From contig NC_067400.1 of the NCBI RefSeq assembly GCF_016432865.1, positions 518,816,001-518,880,000 of the forward strand: a stretch of 64,000 nucleotides of DNA, in the 5' to 3' direction. The notes under the pieces were generated by a model. It worked only from the letters and a program-made list of their open reading frames with translations, did not search any database and was not told the DNA's origin. This document shows positions 35,780-47,712 of this stretch, one piece after another (the stretch's first letter is position 1; every line of letters starts with the position of its first letter). Made by a program: the position numbers and the translations under genes. The DNA comes from Antechinus flavipes. Lineage: Eukaryota.

Positions 35780-38700
35780 TATTATTATTCTTTTCATATT
35801 GCAAAATGACACATCTTGGTAGGAACAGTAACAAACTGAGCCCAGCCAGAAGACAACCAGAATGAAGAGGAGAAGGCTGGAGACTATGCCATACAAGAAT
35901 CCTTTTAAAAGAATCCATATTGCAAAATGGTGGAGTAGTTGTTTTCCCATAAATCCGAAGTCCTCAAAAAAGGAATTTTGTGACAGATACACTGTATATT
36001 AATAGAGCTGAATCTACAAGGTAAGAAAATATATTATACAAGGTAAAAAAAACCTCATGAAATATAACACTGGAAACTGAAATACTTAAGGTCTCATTCA
36101 ATATCCTTATTCCATAATGCCCACCCATGTGTATACAACTTGTTCAGTCTTGTAGGCATGTACTTCAGGGGTTATTCCCAAAGATCCCAGCCCAGGCATC
36201 CCACATCAGTGACTTGGACTGAATTATTCCCACAATATTCTACAAGAAAAGGTGAACACACATGCTACTTACTTATTCAAAGGAACATGGGAATACCTGG
36301 TTGGGGGTGAGAGGAGAGGGAAGTTTCATAGTAAAGATGTGGAAAGCAAGAGGGAGAAAGAATTGTAACTGTGGAAAGGGGAATGGCTATCCAGCTGAAG
36401 CCAGACGTCTATCTTCTAAATTTCATAATTCCAGTACTAGGGAGCCTAGGACATCCAACCTATGAAGAAATAGAAAGGATAAAGGCCAAAGAATGAGGAA
36501 AGAGAACAGAAAGAAGCAACTAGTATATAAAAGAAAGGCTGAAAGACCACAATTGCATAGGAGGAAGCCTAAATACAAATTTAACTCACAAGCAAATAAA
36601 CCAACAGAATAATTCATAAAGACAAAGTAAATGAGACAGAATTCAAAGAGAAGCCAGAACATAAGCGGAGAAAAACATTACATTTCAAAGGAAAATTAAT
36701 CAAAAATTCTCAAGAAAAAAGAGAATTATATGACTTCTCCGGAGGTCACAAAATGACAAGAAACTCCAGAATGGTTCAAAATCTACTAAAACTTTTAAAA
36801 GAGGCCTTAGTAATTAAATAAGGTAAAAAATCAGAGCTCCCAAAGGAAAACATTTTTTACAAACAAGGAACAAGGTAGAAGACATAGTGGAGAGTCTCCA
36901 CAGAATTAGGGATTCGGACACATTTGAAACAGGAAGACCTGAGTCTAAACCCAGTCTTTGAAACCTAACACTTTCTAGTTATGGAACCCTGGACAAATCA
37001 CTGAANNNNNNNNNNNNNNNNNNNNNNNNNNNNNNNNNNNNNNNNNNNNNNNNNNNNNNNNNNNNNNNNNNNNNNNNNNNNNNNNNNNNNNNNNNNNNNN
37101 NNNNNNNNNNNNNNNNNNNNNNNNNNNNNNNNNNNNNNNNNNNNNNNNNNNNNNNNNNNNNNNNNNNNNNNNNNNNNNNNNNNNNNNNNNNNNNNNNNNN
37201 NNNNNNNNNNNNNNNNNNNNNNNNNNNNNNNNNNNNNNNNNNNNNNNNNNNNNNNNNNNNNCAAAAGCAACAATTTTAGAGAATACAAGAATTCTGTACA
37301 AGCCAAAGGAACTGACAATAGGCACAAAGAGAACATATGGATTGTAGTTTTCCCAGAGTGGGTGGGGAGAATGACAAATTACAAAACTCATATTGTAAGA
37401 AAAAAAATAGAAAACTTGGGCAGAATTATGTAATAGAAATGACAGAATACTACTAGAGCAAATCTCTATGTTGGTATTAGAGGAAAAATTTTATTCCCTG
37501 TTCAAAACTCCAAGGCATGTAAGGGCTAAATGAGCAAAATATTTTGTAAGCAGTCAGAAGAAATACTTTAGATGTGAAGGTGAATTCAAATAACCAGAAT
37601 TGCTCTGTGGTTGTGAGAAATAAAAGGAAAGAATGAAATAGTATTTCTAAAAAGGAAAAAAGGTCAAGAGTCACACAGTCTACAACAATATATCCCACAA
37701 AGCTGAAACCAACTATCCAGAAGAAAAAAAAAGTGGTGGGCTTTCACTGAAACATATATGAGACATTCCCAGAAGTAAAAATACATAATAACTATGCCAT
37801 AAAGGAAGATAGAATATGAAACTTACAAACATAACAATGAGAAACACAGGAGAGATAAATATGATTATTAAGAAAAGTTATTTCATTTGAAATAAAATCA
37901 ATTTCCTTATGTTTAATGGATGTTAAAGAAAAAGAAAACTCAAGGGGCAATATATAAAGAACATATATTATCAAGGACAAAAAGCTCTTAAGAGACACTT
38001 AAAGAAACACAGAAGAAAAGGAGAGCTAAATTAACACTCTCTGAACTAAATCCTAGGATCCTTCATAAGTGAATCAATATCTTTTGAGGGCAAAATAACA
38101 AGGTGAAAAGTTGTAAAGGTAAGAAATAGATGGGAGCAGGAGACATATCCACACCCATCCTCTAAATGAACAGAGAAATAAAAAGAATTAGTCTCTCAAT
38201 AAGGGAGAGGGTTGTGGAAGAATAAGATAAAAACAACTGAGGGAAGAGACTGAGATAAGAGTAGAAAGGGATGTTTCCTTGAAGAGAAAAGGAATAATTA
38301 CTACTAAGGAACACTCCTACAGGGGCCTTATAATGGGTTTTCTCTTAGGGAAATTGCTTATTAGGATACTATCTCACATTGGAACTAGTGGCGTCTTCCA
38401 GCACTACATCCAATGTAAGAACACATCCGAGTGCCCAGGGTTGGACAGCACCCAGGGTGATAGCAAACACTTAAAACCAAGGTCCAGGTAATTTGTTTTT
38501 AGGAGAGGTGAATGAAATGAGGAAGAGACAGTACAGAACCAAGCCTTGTGACTCCAAATACAATGCTATCCTTACCACACAACATCAGCTGCCTTTTGAT
38601 ACTGCTTTCCTCATGAAAATGAGGTACTATAGGGGAAAAAAAGGGAGGATTGGATAAGACCTAGAAATGCAATAGCATAAAGGAAATAAAGATGGGTGTT

Positions 38701-39870
38701 CAAATTTGTAACTCTAAAAGATATGCCCTCATGGAAGAGGCAGAATAAGGAAGAAACAAATAACAGGGTAGAGCCTTTTTTTCCCCCTCATAGACTCAGG
38801 AGATGGAGGGTCTTGTTTGAGGAAGAGCAAAGATGCCAATGATATTGGATCATAGAATCCACGGAGGAGAGCAGGGGATAAGAAGACAGAATGTAGTATT
38901 CATAGCATTGTATAGCAATACTCTGGAGTATCCTCTTTCAAACAGGACCTATGTGAATGCAATTACAAAACACTCTAAAAATAAAGGACTTTAATAATTA
39001 GAGAAATGTTCATTGTTCATGAATAGACTGAGCCAATATAATTTTTGGAAATGACAGTATTATCTAAATTAACTTTCTTAGGGCCATATCAATAAAACTA
39101 CCACAGATTATTACTTTGTAGAGCTAGAAAAAAATGCAATTCATATGGAAGAATCAAAGGTCAAAAATATGGACTGGATATAATGGAGGGTGAGGGAGGC
39201 CTAGCAATAGCAGATTTCAAACTATATGCTACAAAGCAGTAATCATCAAAAGAGTTTTGTATTGATCAAAAAATAGAGAGGTCAACCAGAGAAATAGATT
39301 AGTTTTACAACCTAACAGAAGCAAACAGAATAGTTTGATAAACAGGGTAATTTGATAAACCCAAAGACCTAAGCTAACTGGAAGTAGCCCTGCAGAAACT
39401 AGGGATAAAACAGCTTTTCATACTGCATACCAAAATAAGCTCCAAATGGATATATGATTTAAACGTAATGGATTACATCATAAATAAATTAAAGAATAAA
39501 GAAATTAACTTTAGGATCTATAGATAGAGGAAGAGTTTGTGACCAATCAAAAGATAGTGAAGAGCACAGAAGATAAAATGGATACTTATTATCACAGAAA
39601 AAAAGTTTTTATACAAATTAAGCAAAAACAGTTAAGAAGGCAAAACAGTTAACAGGAGGAAAAAGTCTTTTGCATCAAATTTCTCTGGTAAAGATATAAT
39701 TTCTAAGATATATAGATATATATATATAGAACTGATTCAGATTTATAAAAATAATACTCATTCCCCCAATCAATAAATGGCCAAAAAATTTGAAAAGGTA
39801 GTTTTCAAGGAAAGAAATTCAAGCTGTCAATAACTACATGAAAATATATTCCAAATTACAACTTTAAAAA
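35780..39870 (+). mobile_element. Old fragmented L1 (5' region, ORF1 and ORF2 remnants) filling much of MAP6 intron 2
   Basis: A-rich degenerate ORF1 (aagctgaaaccaactatccag) and ORF2 (cagatttcaaactatatgctacaaagcagtaatcatcaaaa; gcatcaaatttctctggtaaag). Confidence 0.7.
37006..37261. other. Assembly gap (256 N)
   Basis: Run of N. Confidence 1.
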
Positions 39871-40309
39871 TGCCTCTACAAGCTTTTGTTTACAATCCAT
39901 AGTTATTTGTCAGATCCTCAGAACCAAAATGTACAGTCCTGGAATTGTATATTATACTAAAGGTTCTACTTTAGAGATAGGGGACCTTAAAGAGGCTAAT
40001 CTCTGCAGTGAACAGAGCACTTATCTCAGTCAGGAGACCTTGCCTTGAATCTTCCATTACTTCGCTAAATGACCGTAGGTGTCCCCTGAAGTTCATGCCT
40101 AGGACTCAACAGACACAGAAACTAACAGACTTCTGTGTAGTCTACTTTGGAGGGAGAGCAGAAGTCTATGGACAACATGGGACCAGAGGCCAGGATGTAC
40201 ACTTAATTTTCAAAAACAATGTTCTGAGGTAAGAGAAAGAGAGAGGAGGTATTATCTCACAGGGTGGTTGGAGGAAAGCGCTAAATTGATAAGACCTTCT
40301 AGAAATTAG

Positions 40310-41320
40310 CTCTATGGAGAGAATTCTGGGAAGATGGTGAATTAGGTCAGAAAATTCCAAGTTCTCTAGATTTCCTCCATAAAGAAGACAAAATCAAGCC
40401 TTAGGGTGAATATAGAGCTGTTAAAAATAAGTAAGAATTGGGGCAGAACAAGTGGTTCTCCAAATATAAACAGCTCCAGGCTAGCTCCACTGAAACAGCA
40501 AGCAGTGAGCCCTGGAGCTAGCTAGGCTGAGAGGTAGCCTCTGCTCCAGCCACAGGAATTTTCATCTCTCAGAGACTGTGGGGGCTAAAGGGTAAGTAGG
40601 GAAGATGGAAGGGACACTTGGCCCAGCTGTGTTGTTGAGAGACAGCCCTGGGTGAGAAGGAACCAGAACAGATCCGGTGAATGCAGAGCCAGTGGGGCAG
40701 GAACTGCTGACTGCTTTACAAGAGGGGTTCCAGGCAGGAGACAAGACCTGAAGAAAGACCTGAGGCATCTTCTCCCACACTCCAATTATAGAGGTCATTA
40801 TGTCCACAGTCTGCTACAAAATGAGCAGGCAAAGAAGAACCTAATCTTACAAAATTACTATGGGAATAGGGAATACTGGGGTTCATCTTCATAGAAGGAT
40901 ATTGAAGTAAAAAAAAAAGGCCCCTCCTACCCTAAAGAGTAACCACAAATGGTTACCTTCCCCAAAAGACTTCACAGAAAAACTCAAAAAAGAATTTAAA
41001 AATTAAAGAGATTAAGGAAAAACTTATGTAAAGTTTATGTAAAGAAAGTCAACTGACTTCTAGGAAATTTAGAATCTTAAGAAAGAAAATGACTCCTTGA
41101 AAACTAGAATCGGGCAAGGGAAAGCCAGCAAAATTATGAGAGCAAGAAATAATGAAGCAAAATATAAAGAATGAAAAAATAGAAAAGAATGTGAGACATC
41201 TCTTTAAAAAAAACAGATCTAGAAACTATATCAAGAAGAAAAAACATAATTTGACTACCTAAAACCCACAACAAAAAGAAGAATCTTGATATTATAATAC
41301 AGGAAATAAAAAAGATTGTC
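40310..41320 (+). mobile_element. Old L1 5' end (5'UTR and start of ORF1)
   Basis: tgggaagatggtgaattaggtcagaaaattccaagttctc start motif, GC-richer UTR, then an A-rich ORF1 remnant. Confidence 0.6.
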
Positions 41321-41913
41321 TTGAACCATCATAACAGTGGGGTAGTGCTGCTGATGGTAGTATTGATTGTTATATGTGACACAACCCTATCCGAAAATAG
41401 CAATCTCAGAGTAGGGCTTCAGCTGAATCAGGTCAATATGTGGTCCAAAGTCACAAGTCAACAAGAAGAAAAATGCAGAATATAGTATATCAAAGGCAGG
41501 ACTCACTAAGATAGGAATTCTCAGGCCACTTTTCACTTAGTGCTTCTGTCTTTTTGGATTGAAAGATGTGGTCCTAGCTGCTTTTATGGGCGATGACAAT
41601 GGACCCATTCAGTCCCAGTTACCTCATGAGCCAAAAAATCTGCACTACCTATTTCACCCTGTTATTCTTAAACAAAGTACATTATTAATTATAAGATGCT
41701 ATGTAAATGTGAAATATTGTTACTGTTTTTCCAGATTCTTCTTGAAAAATTAGTCAAGATACTTGATATAATTAATGGGTATGGGAAGGCAAGAGGTAGA
41801 AAGGAAATTACAAGTTTAATATCTTTCCTCTCAATCCATTTTCCTGCCTTTCTCTTCCATGTTTCTGTGTTTCCATGTCTTTGTGTATGTGATTTGTCCA
41901 TTAACCCATTCAG

Positions 41914-42116
41914 GTGGAAAAGCCCAGCGCTCCGACCCCCAAACCAAAAAAGACCCCGACAAGCCATAAACCGCTGAAAAAGGCCAAAGAGAAGCAGCTG
42001 ACATCTGGCCGGAGCACCAAGAAAAAGGGCCCAACAGCGAGCGGAGCCAGCGGGGCTGGGCCACAGGACAAGGAGCAAAGTAAAGAGATGAACAATAAAC
42101 TGGCTGAGGCAAAAGA
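41914..42116 (+). CDS. MAP6: MAP6 exon 3 (Lys-rich); spliced form ends at GA|gtaa
   Basis: Acceptor cccattcag|GTG (phase 0, matching the exon 2 donor). Translation VEKPSAPTPKPKKTPTSHKPLKKAKEKQLTSGRSTKKK...DKEQSKEMNNKLAEAKE. Donor gt at 42117-42118 (phase 2). Confidence 0.96.
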
Positions 42117-42120
42117 GTAA
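41914..42120 (+). CDS. MAP6: Alternative terminal form of MAP6 exon 3 (short E-STOP-type isoform ending ...KLAEAKE*)
   Basis: Reading through the donor gives GAG TAA (stop 42118-42120). The short MAP6 isoform ending in EAKE is established in rodents and human. Confidence 0.85.
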   Translation: MEKPSAPTPKPKKTPTSHKPLKKAKEKQLTSGRSTKKKGPTASGASGAGPQDKEQSKEMNNKLAEAKE

Positions 42121-42222
42121 ATTTCCTTGCACCTTCCTTCCTTCCCCCTCTTCTCTCCTTTGGGTTTGTTTTTTTTTTTTTCTTTTTTTTTGGCTGTTGT
42201 AGTTGATTTATTTTATTTTTTT

Positions 42223-42228
42223 AATAAA
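42223..42228 (+). terminator. Candidate proximal poly(A) signal for the short MAP6 isoform
   Basis: AATAAA about 100 nt after the TAA, preceded by U-rich tracts. Use is not demonstrable from sequence; more distal AATAAA occur at 45854 and 46146. Confidence 0.45.
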
Positions 42229-45200
42229 GGCCACAAAATTAATTAGAGCTTCTAATCTGCTTTGGTTGCAAACCTGTTAGAAGCTTTGGGGGGAGGGAGA
42301 GGCGGGGAAGGGTTATTGGTTTCTTTTTTCATGGCTGGCTAGAAAGCCTCATTGCTAAGATCACAGATTTCATCATGCTTCCAGCATTCCAACCCACTCT
42401 AAACATACAGGACCAGAAAAGGCTCGGGGCTCCAATTACCTGTGCAAGCCTATTAGTACCCATCACTTTCCATCCCTGTTAGGAATGGGATTAGAAAGGA
42501 AGGCTGAAAAAGATGTTCGAGACAAAACACGGAGGCAGGGCACCACTGACAGAACACTGACCTGGATTTGAGTCCTGATTCCACCATGAGGTTGGACATG
42601 TCATTTATTCTTTCAGAGCCTTATCTGTTAAATAAGGGAGCTAGAGTAGATGATTTCTATGAGCCCTTAAGAGTATGACTTTCTATGATTCCTTAATAGT
42701 TACTGATTTCAAAGGGGTTTTTTTGGCCCTTGTAGAAATCTCCTGGTGCTGCTTCAAAGTATCCACAGAAACTCCTCCTCATGTTCATTTTCAGGATCTT
42801 TCATAGAAAACATGTTCATTTCTCAAATTCAGATGATTATCATGTGTTGCAAAAAGTGTCAGTAATTGTGAAAATATAATGAATGATCTCGGCCTTGATA
42901 TAGATCAAACTAAATTAGTTACAGATGTCAAGATGCATTATGTTTTTATAGAAGGCTCCTCTAGAAAAAGTTATGTCTGCTTCCTGTAACTACCCTTGAA
43001 ATTCTGTCAATATACAATGTGCTAAATGATTGATTACAAGGAGCCAACATAGGAATGTCTAAAGAATATCCTGGAAGTCAGTTTAAGTTCACCAGGGAAC
43101 AGAGATGGAAGCAGATGTTTTCCCTAGTGACAGAATATTATTTTGGCTCAGTGCCTCAGACTTTGCAAACAAAACAAACTTAAAAAGTGATGAAACTAAA
43201 AGAAGAATCCAAAAGTCATTGCTTTAGAACCTTTAGAAAGTGATCATCATACCTCTTAGAAAAAAGGTAGAATATAATGTAAGGATAGTAATCAGATTTG
43301 TGGTGAGATTTTTTTTTTTTAATTTTCCTCCTTTCCAAACTTTTCTCCCTTCCTCAGGGAAGGACGGACATTGCTGAAATATCACTTTGTCGGAAAGTTT
43401 CTAGGACTTAGTTGGAGATTGACAGTTGTATGATAAAAGTGGTTAGCAAGGGTTTGGGACCAAAATAATGACCCAGTGAAGAGCTTGGTGTATTGTGTAA
43501 TGTTTCTGTATGGCTTGTGCCCCAAGCCTAAGGGTCACATTTTTGATGTCACAATGGGAATCATTCCCAAGCTTAGCTTTAGAGTATGAACTAGTTAGGG
43601 TGTCAGTGTGAAAATACCTTCAGTACTTAGGAAGACACCATGGAAATCACCCAGGGAAACAAGGCCTTGGAACTACTTGAGCACATAACCTATTGGAACA
43701 TGCATGCTTTCATGGACCCCCATCTCACTGATCTCACTCATAGTAATCTTCAAGTACCCAGACCAAGGAAAGTACCTTAATACTACTTGACAACCAGCAT
43801 CTGCTATTGGTTATTTTGTGTTTTTTTTCCTCTCTCATACAAATGAGGGAAACTTAGATATATCTTAATGGAAGTAGAATAAAGTCCTCACAGTTCCAAA
43901 TAAATCCTTGGGTCCTTCCTGCTTCAAGGAAGTAGACCTTCACAAAACTCTCTGGGATTCTTAACCTTAAAGTTAGAGCCTCTGTTTACACTTGTCTGTT
44001 TATGGGTCATGATGAGTTTGATTGTCCAACTCCTCAAAAATTAACTAAGCATTTAAAATACCTAGTGACACTTACTAATGCCCTGTCAGGACCACCAGAT
44101 CCACCTTTTTTCTCAGGATATAGGATTGTGAGGTTGGTAAAGAGCTACAGAAAATAGACAATGTTGGTCAAAATCAGACCATAAATTCTGGTCTTCCTAC
44201 TTTAAAAAATTTATTTCAAAATACTTTATGGATGAAGTCCAAATCTCATCTGTTAGCTGGCCAAACTTAATGTTAACCAGACATTAATGTTGAGAGAACC
44301 TGATGATCTTAACATTAGACAAATTTCTATTACTCTTTCCAAAACAGCATTTATCAGCAGGTTGACCCAAGCTACAGTTTGGATTTTAGCTATAGCATAA
44401 CAATCATATAAATTACTTTTAGGTCATCTCAAATTCCTTTAAAACTTTAGAACATTTCAAGTTGATATTTCAATGTATGTATAACATAGAAGATATTTTA
44501 ACAATGGGTCCCATTTTTGCCACAGTGTGGTAGTTCTATGTACCTGGTAACAAAACCATTTTGAGAACTTTTTCAACTAAATGATTTTGGGGCCAGGTAA
44601 TTAATATCTATTATCTACAATGGTGTCTATCATATAATAAGAGCTCTAGCCTTGAAATAAAGAAACCTGGCTCCATATACCAACTTTTAATATTTACTAA
44701 ACAATATGCAAATCATATTCCCTTTTAGGACCAGTTTCGTCATCTGCAAAATATGGGTAATAACACACCTCACAGGAAAACTGCTTTGCAAGTTAGTGCT
44801 GTACAAATCTTAAATAATAGCCAATGTTGCCATAACACCCTAATGGTTTACAAATCATAAGGCTTACAAATAATTTACAAGCTGTCATCCCATCTCACCA
44901 ATGAAGAAGTTGAGACTCAGCAAGGTTAAGCAATTTATCTGAGAGCACATGGTACTATATCAATGGAATTAACAATTAGTAACATTATTACACAAGTGCA
45001 CAAAATGATTTTATTTGTGGAAGTCACTATACACAGTGGCATGGTTTAAAATGTATTGTAGTTAATGTTTTCCTATATAAAAGATGAACTCTTCAGTTTG
45101 ACATGAAGCTACAGATGGTTTCTGTAGCTCTGTGCAAAGGATAGAACTTGACCTCTTGTCATTGAATTTAGCAAAGGATATTGCACATAATCTCATATGC

Positions 45201-47412
45201 ATTCAGACCCTGAGCCTTCCAGAACAGAACCCCAACTGATTCAATCTAGGAAGTCCAGGTGATGATAGCTCAGAAGTATTTACTGTGTACTGTGATCGGC
45301 CAGGGAGGAGTGAGCCAACCGACCAGTTACATGGGGTAGGCATCCATCCCTAAAAAGCTACATAACTAAGGAGTGTCATCAAGAAAGCTCATTCATTTAT
45401 TCATTTATTCAATATTCAGCAAGCATTAAGTACCTACTGCATGCCATTTAGAGTTTCCTTTGAATCGTGGACTTCTTTGGAAAACAGTTTCCTCTTTCTC
45501 CCATTTCCAAATATAACTCACCAGGGGTTTGATCACCAGATGATGAATTTCATTGGCCACAAAGTGTGGAGCGGTTGCAGTCTGTCTTATTGAAGGGAAC
45601 ATTCACACCAATGAAATCACATATGCTCCAAGTGTTACAGTACGACTCAGAGCAGGTTCCATTCCAGCTTAACTCCCATGCTAATCTGTAATAAATGTGA
45701 GTTTCATGTAAAATGTACTATCTCCTCCATGTGAAAATGGAGGTGCTTTGGCCATCTGCTTTTTACCATTTGGGATTTTGTCTTTGTACCTGGCTACCTC
45801 CCTTTGCAATATCATGCTCAAGCTGTTCTTTTGTTTGTCCTGAGAGTTTGCTGAATAAAAATCCATGCTCTTGCTTACCTGCGGTTTTCTGTTTGCTACA
45901 TTCTTTTCATCAGACCCATGGACTTTTGCCTTGTTGCGCCAGATCGGAAGCATCTAATTACTATTTTGTGGCCTGGGTTTTGTCACCTCTCATGGATTAT
46001 CTATGTACTGTGCTGAGCCTTCTGTCCTTGCTGTTAGTAGGAGAATGACACAAAGTACCCATGTATAGCCAATTGATTGTGACGTGCTTGTGGTCTTTGC
46101 TTGCTCAAAAAAAAAAATACACACACCATTTTTTTTTCAATGATAAATAAATGCTAAAGACAAATACCATTTTCTTGATCTCGTTTCGTTGATGAGATGC
46201 AGTGGGTAAGTGAAGGAGCTTCCAACCTTCTCTGTTTGAGCCCCGTCCCACAGCATGAGCTGTGCTGTGCCATATTGCCCGGGTTCATCATGATGCAGTT
46301 TGCCTCTTGTAGATTGACACCCAAATCCTAAACATATGCTGTACGAATTAACTCTATGTTGGGAAAGATGAAGATGGACCCTGAGGCTCACTGACCAGAC
46401 CAGGTAGTGTGATTTTTTTTTAATTTCAAATACTGGTAAAGGAATGACTGCTTTCATCATCACCATGCTGCATGCCAAGGTGTATAAACCTTAAAAGTTT
46501 TCTCTACAACAGGTCTATGAGGTAGGTAGCACATGGAGAATTATACCAATTTTACAGATAAAAAGTTGAAACTCAGAAAGGGAAAATCATTTGCCCATGA
46601 TCATAAATTAAACCTAGAATTTCTATATCCAGTAGTTCTCTGTTATACCACATTGCCTTCTGTATGACTTGATTCCTTACATACTTCCTTTAGGATATCC
46701 AAAATGTCAAGTATTAATTGAGAGTCAACTTAGTGGAGTAAAATGAACACTGCACTTGGATGAAAGAAGATTTGGACTTAGATCTCAATCCAGTCACTGA
46801 CTAGTCATGTGACCATTCACAAGCTCACAAGTCAACAAACATTTATTAAGCACCTACTGTGTGCCAGGCATTGTGCTAAGTACTAGGGATACAAAGAGAG
46901 GGAAAACAAAAACAAGTAAAGTCTTAAGAAGCTCACAACCTATATCTGCATACAACAAGAGATACATAGGCTACACTGGAAATACTATTAGAGGGAAGGT
47001 ACTAATATTATGGAAGTTTGGGAAAAGAACATGCTACTTTCCTCTTCAAACTTCAGTTTCATTATCTGTAAAACAGGAAAAACAATATCCAAGTAACCTA
47101 CCTAATGGAGTTAAGGGGAAACTTCTTTGTCAAGTATGATATATATGTTTGTATGTATGTGTGTATATATATATACATGCATATACATGCACACATATAT
47201 CCTAGAGGAATCGTACTTGTTTTTTATGGGCAGCTTTTATTCCATGAGATGGCAAAAATCACTGGGAAAAGCTACATATCAAAACTTATTTGGACTGTAA
47301 TTCTCACTTTTAGTACCTGTATGTCTGGTATATGTGTGTATACACATATATACATGTATATATCTATACATATACATATGTGCATATGTATATGCACTAT
47401 GTATATATATGT

Positions 47413-47712
47413 ATGCAGTTACAAGTATCTATATACATATCTTAAATATACATACGTTATATGCATACATAATATATGCAGTTACAAGTATCTATATAGT
47501 ATCTTAAATATATATATTGTATGCATATATAATGTATACAGTCACAAGTATCTATATACATATCTTAAATATACATACATTATATGCATACATAATGTAT
47601 ACAGTCACAAGTAGCTATATCATAAATATACATTATATGCATACATAATATATGCAGCCACAAATATCTATATACATATCATAAATGTATATACTTATAT
47701 GCAACATATACA
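47413..47712. repeat. Minisatellite of about 5 copies of a 53-63-bp unit within an AT/CA-rich tract (47140-47712)
   Basis: Unit starts at 47413, 47476, 47536, 47599 and 47652 (at(g/a)cag(t/c)(t/c)acaa...). Confidence 0.9.

Noticed and set aside
36975-37391. ORFs spanning N-gaps (also 52820-53253, 55207-55837, 56057-56389)
   Set aside because: Open only because N runs translate as X.
47413-47712. CRISPR-like regular repeat
   Set aside because: Contiguous degenerate units with no unique spacers, no cas genes, and a mammalian intron context.
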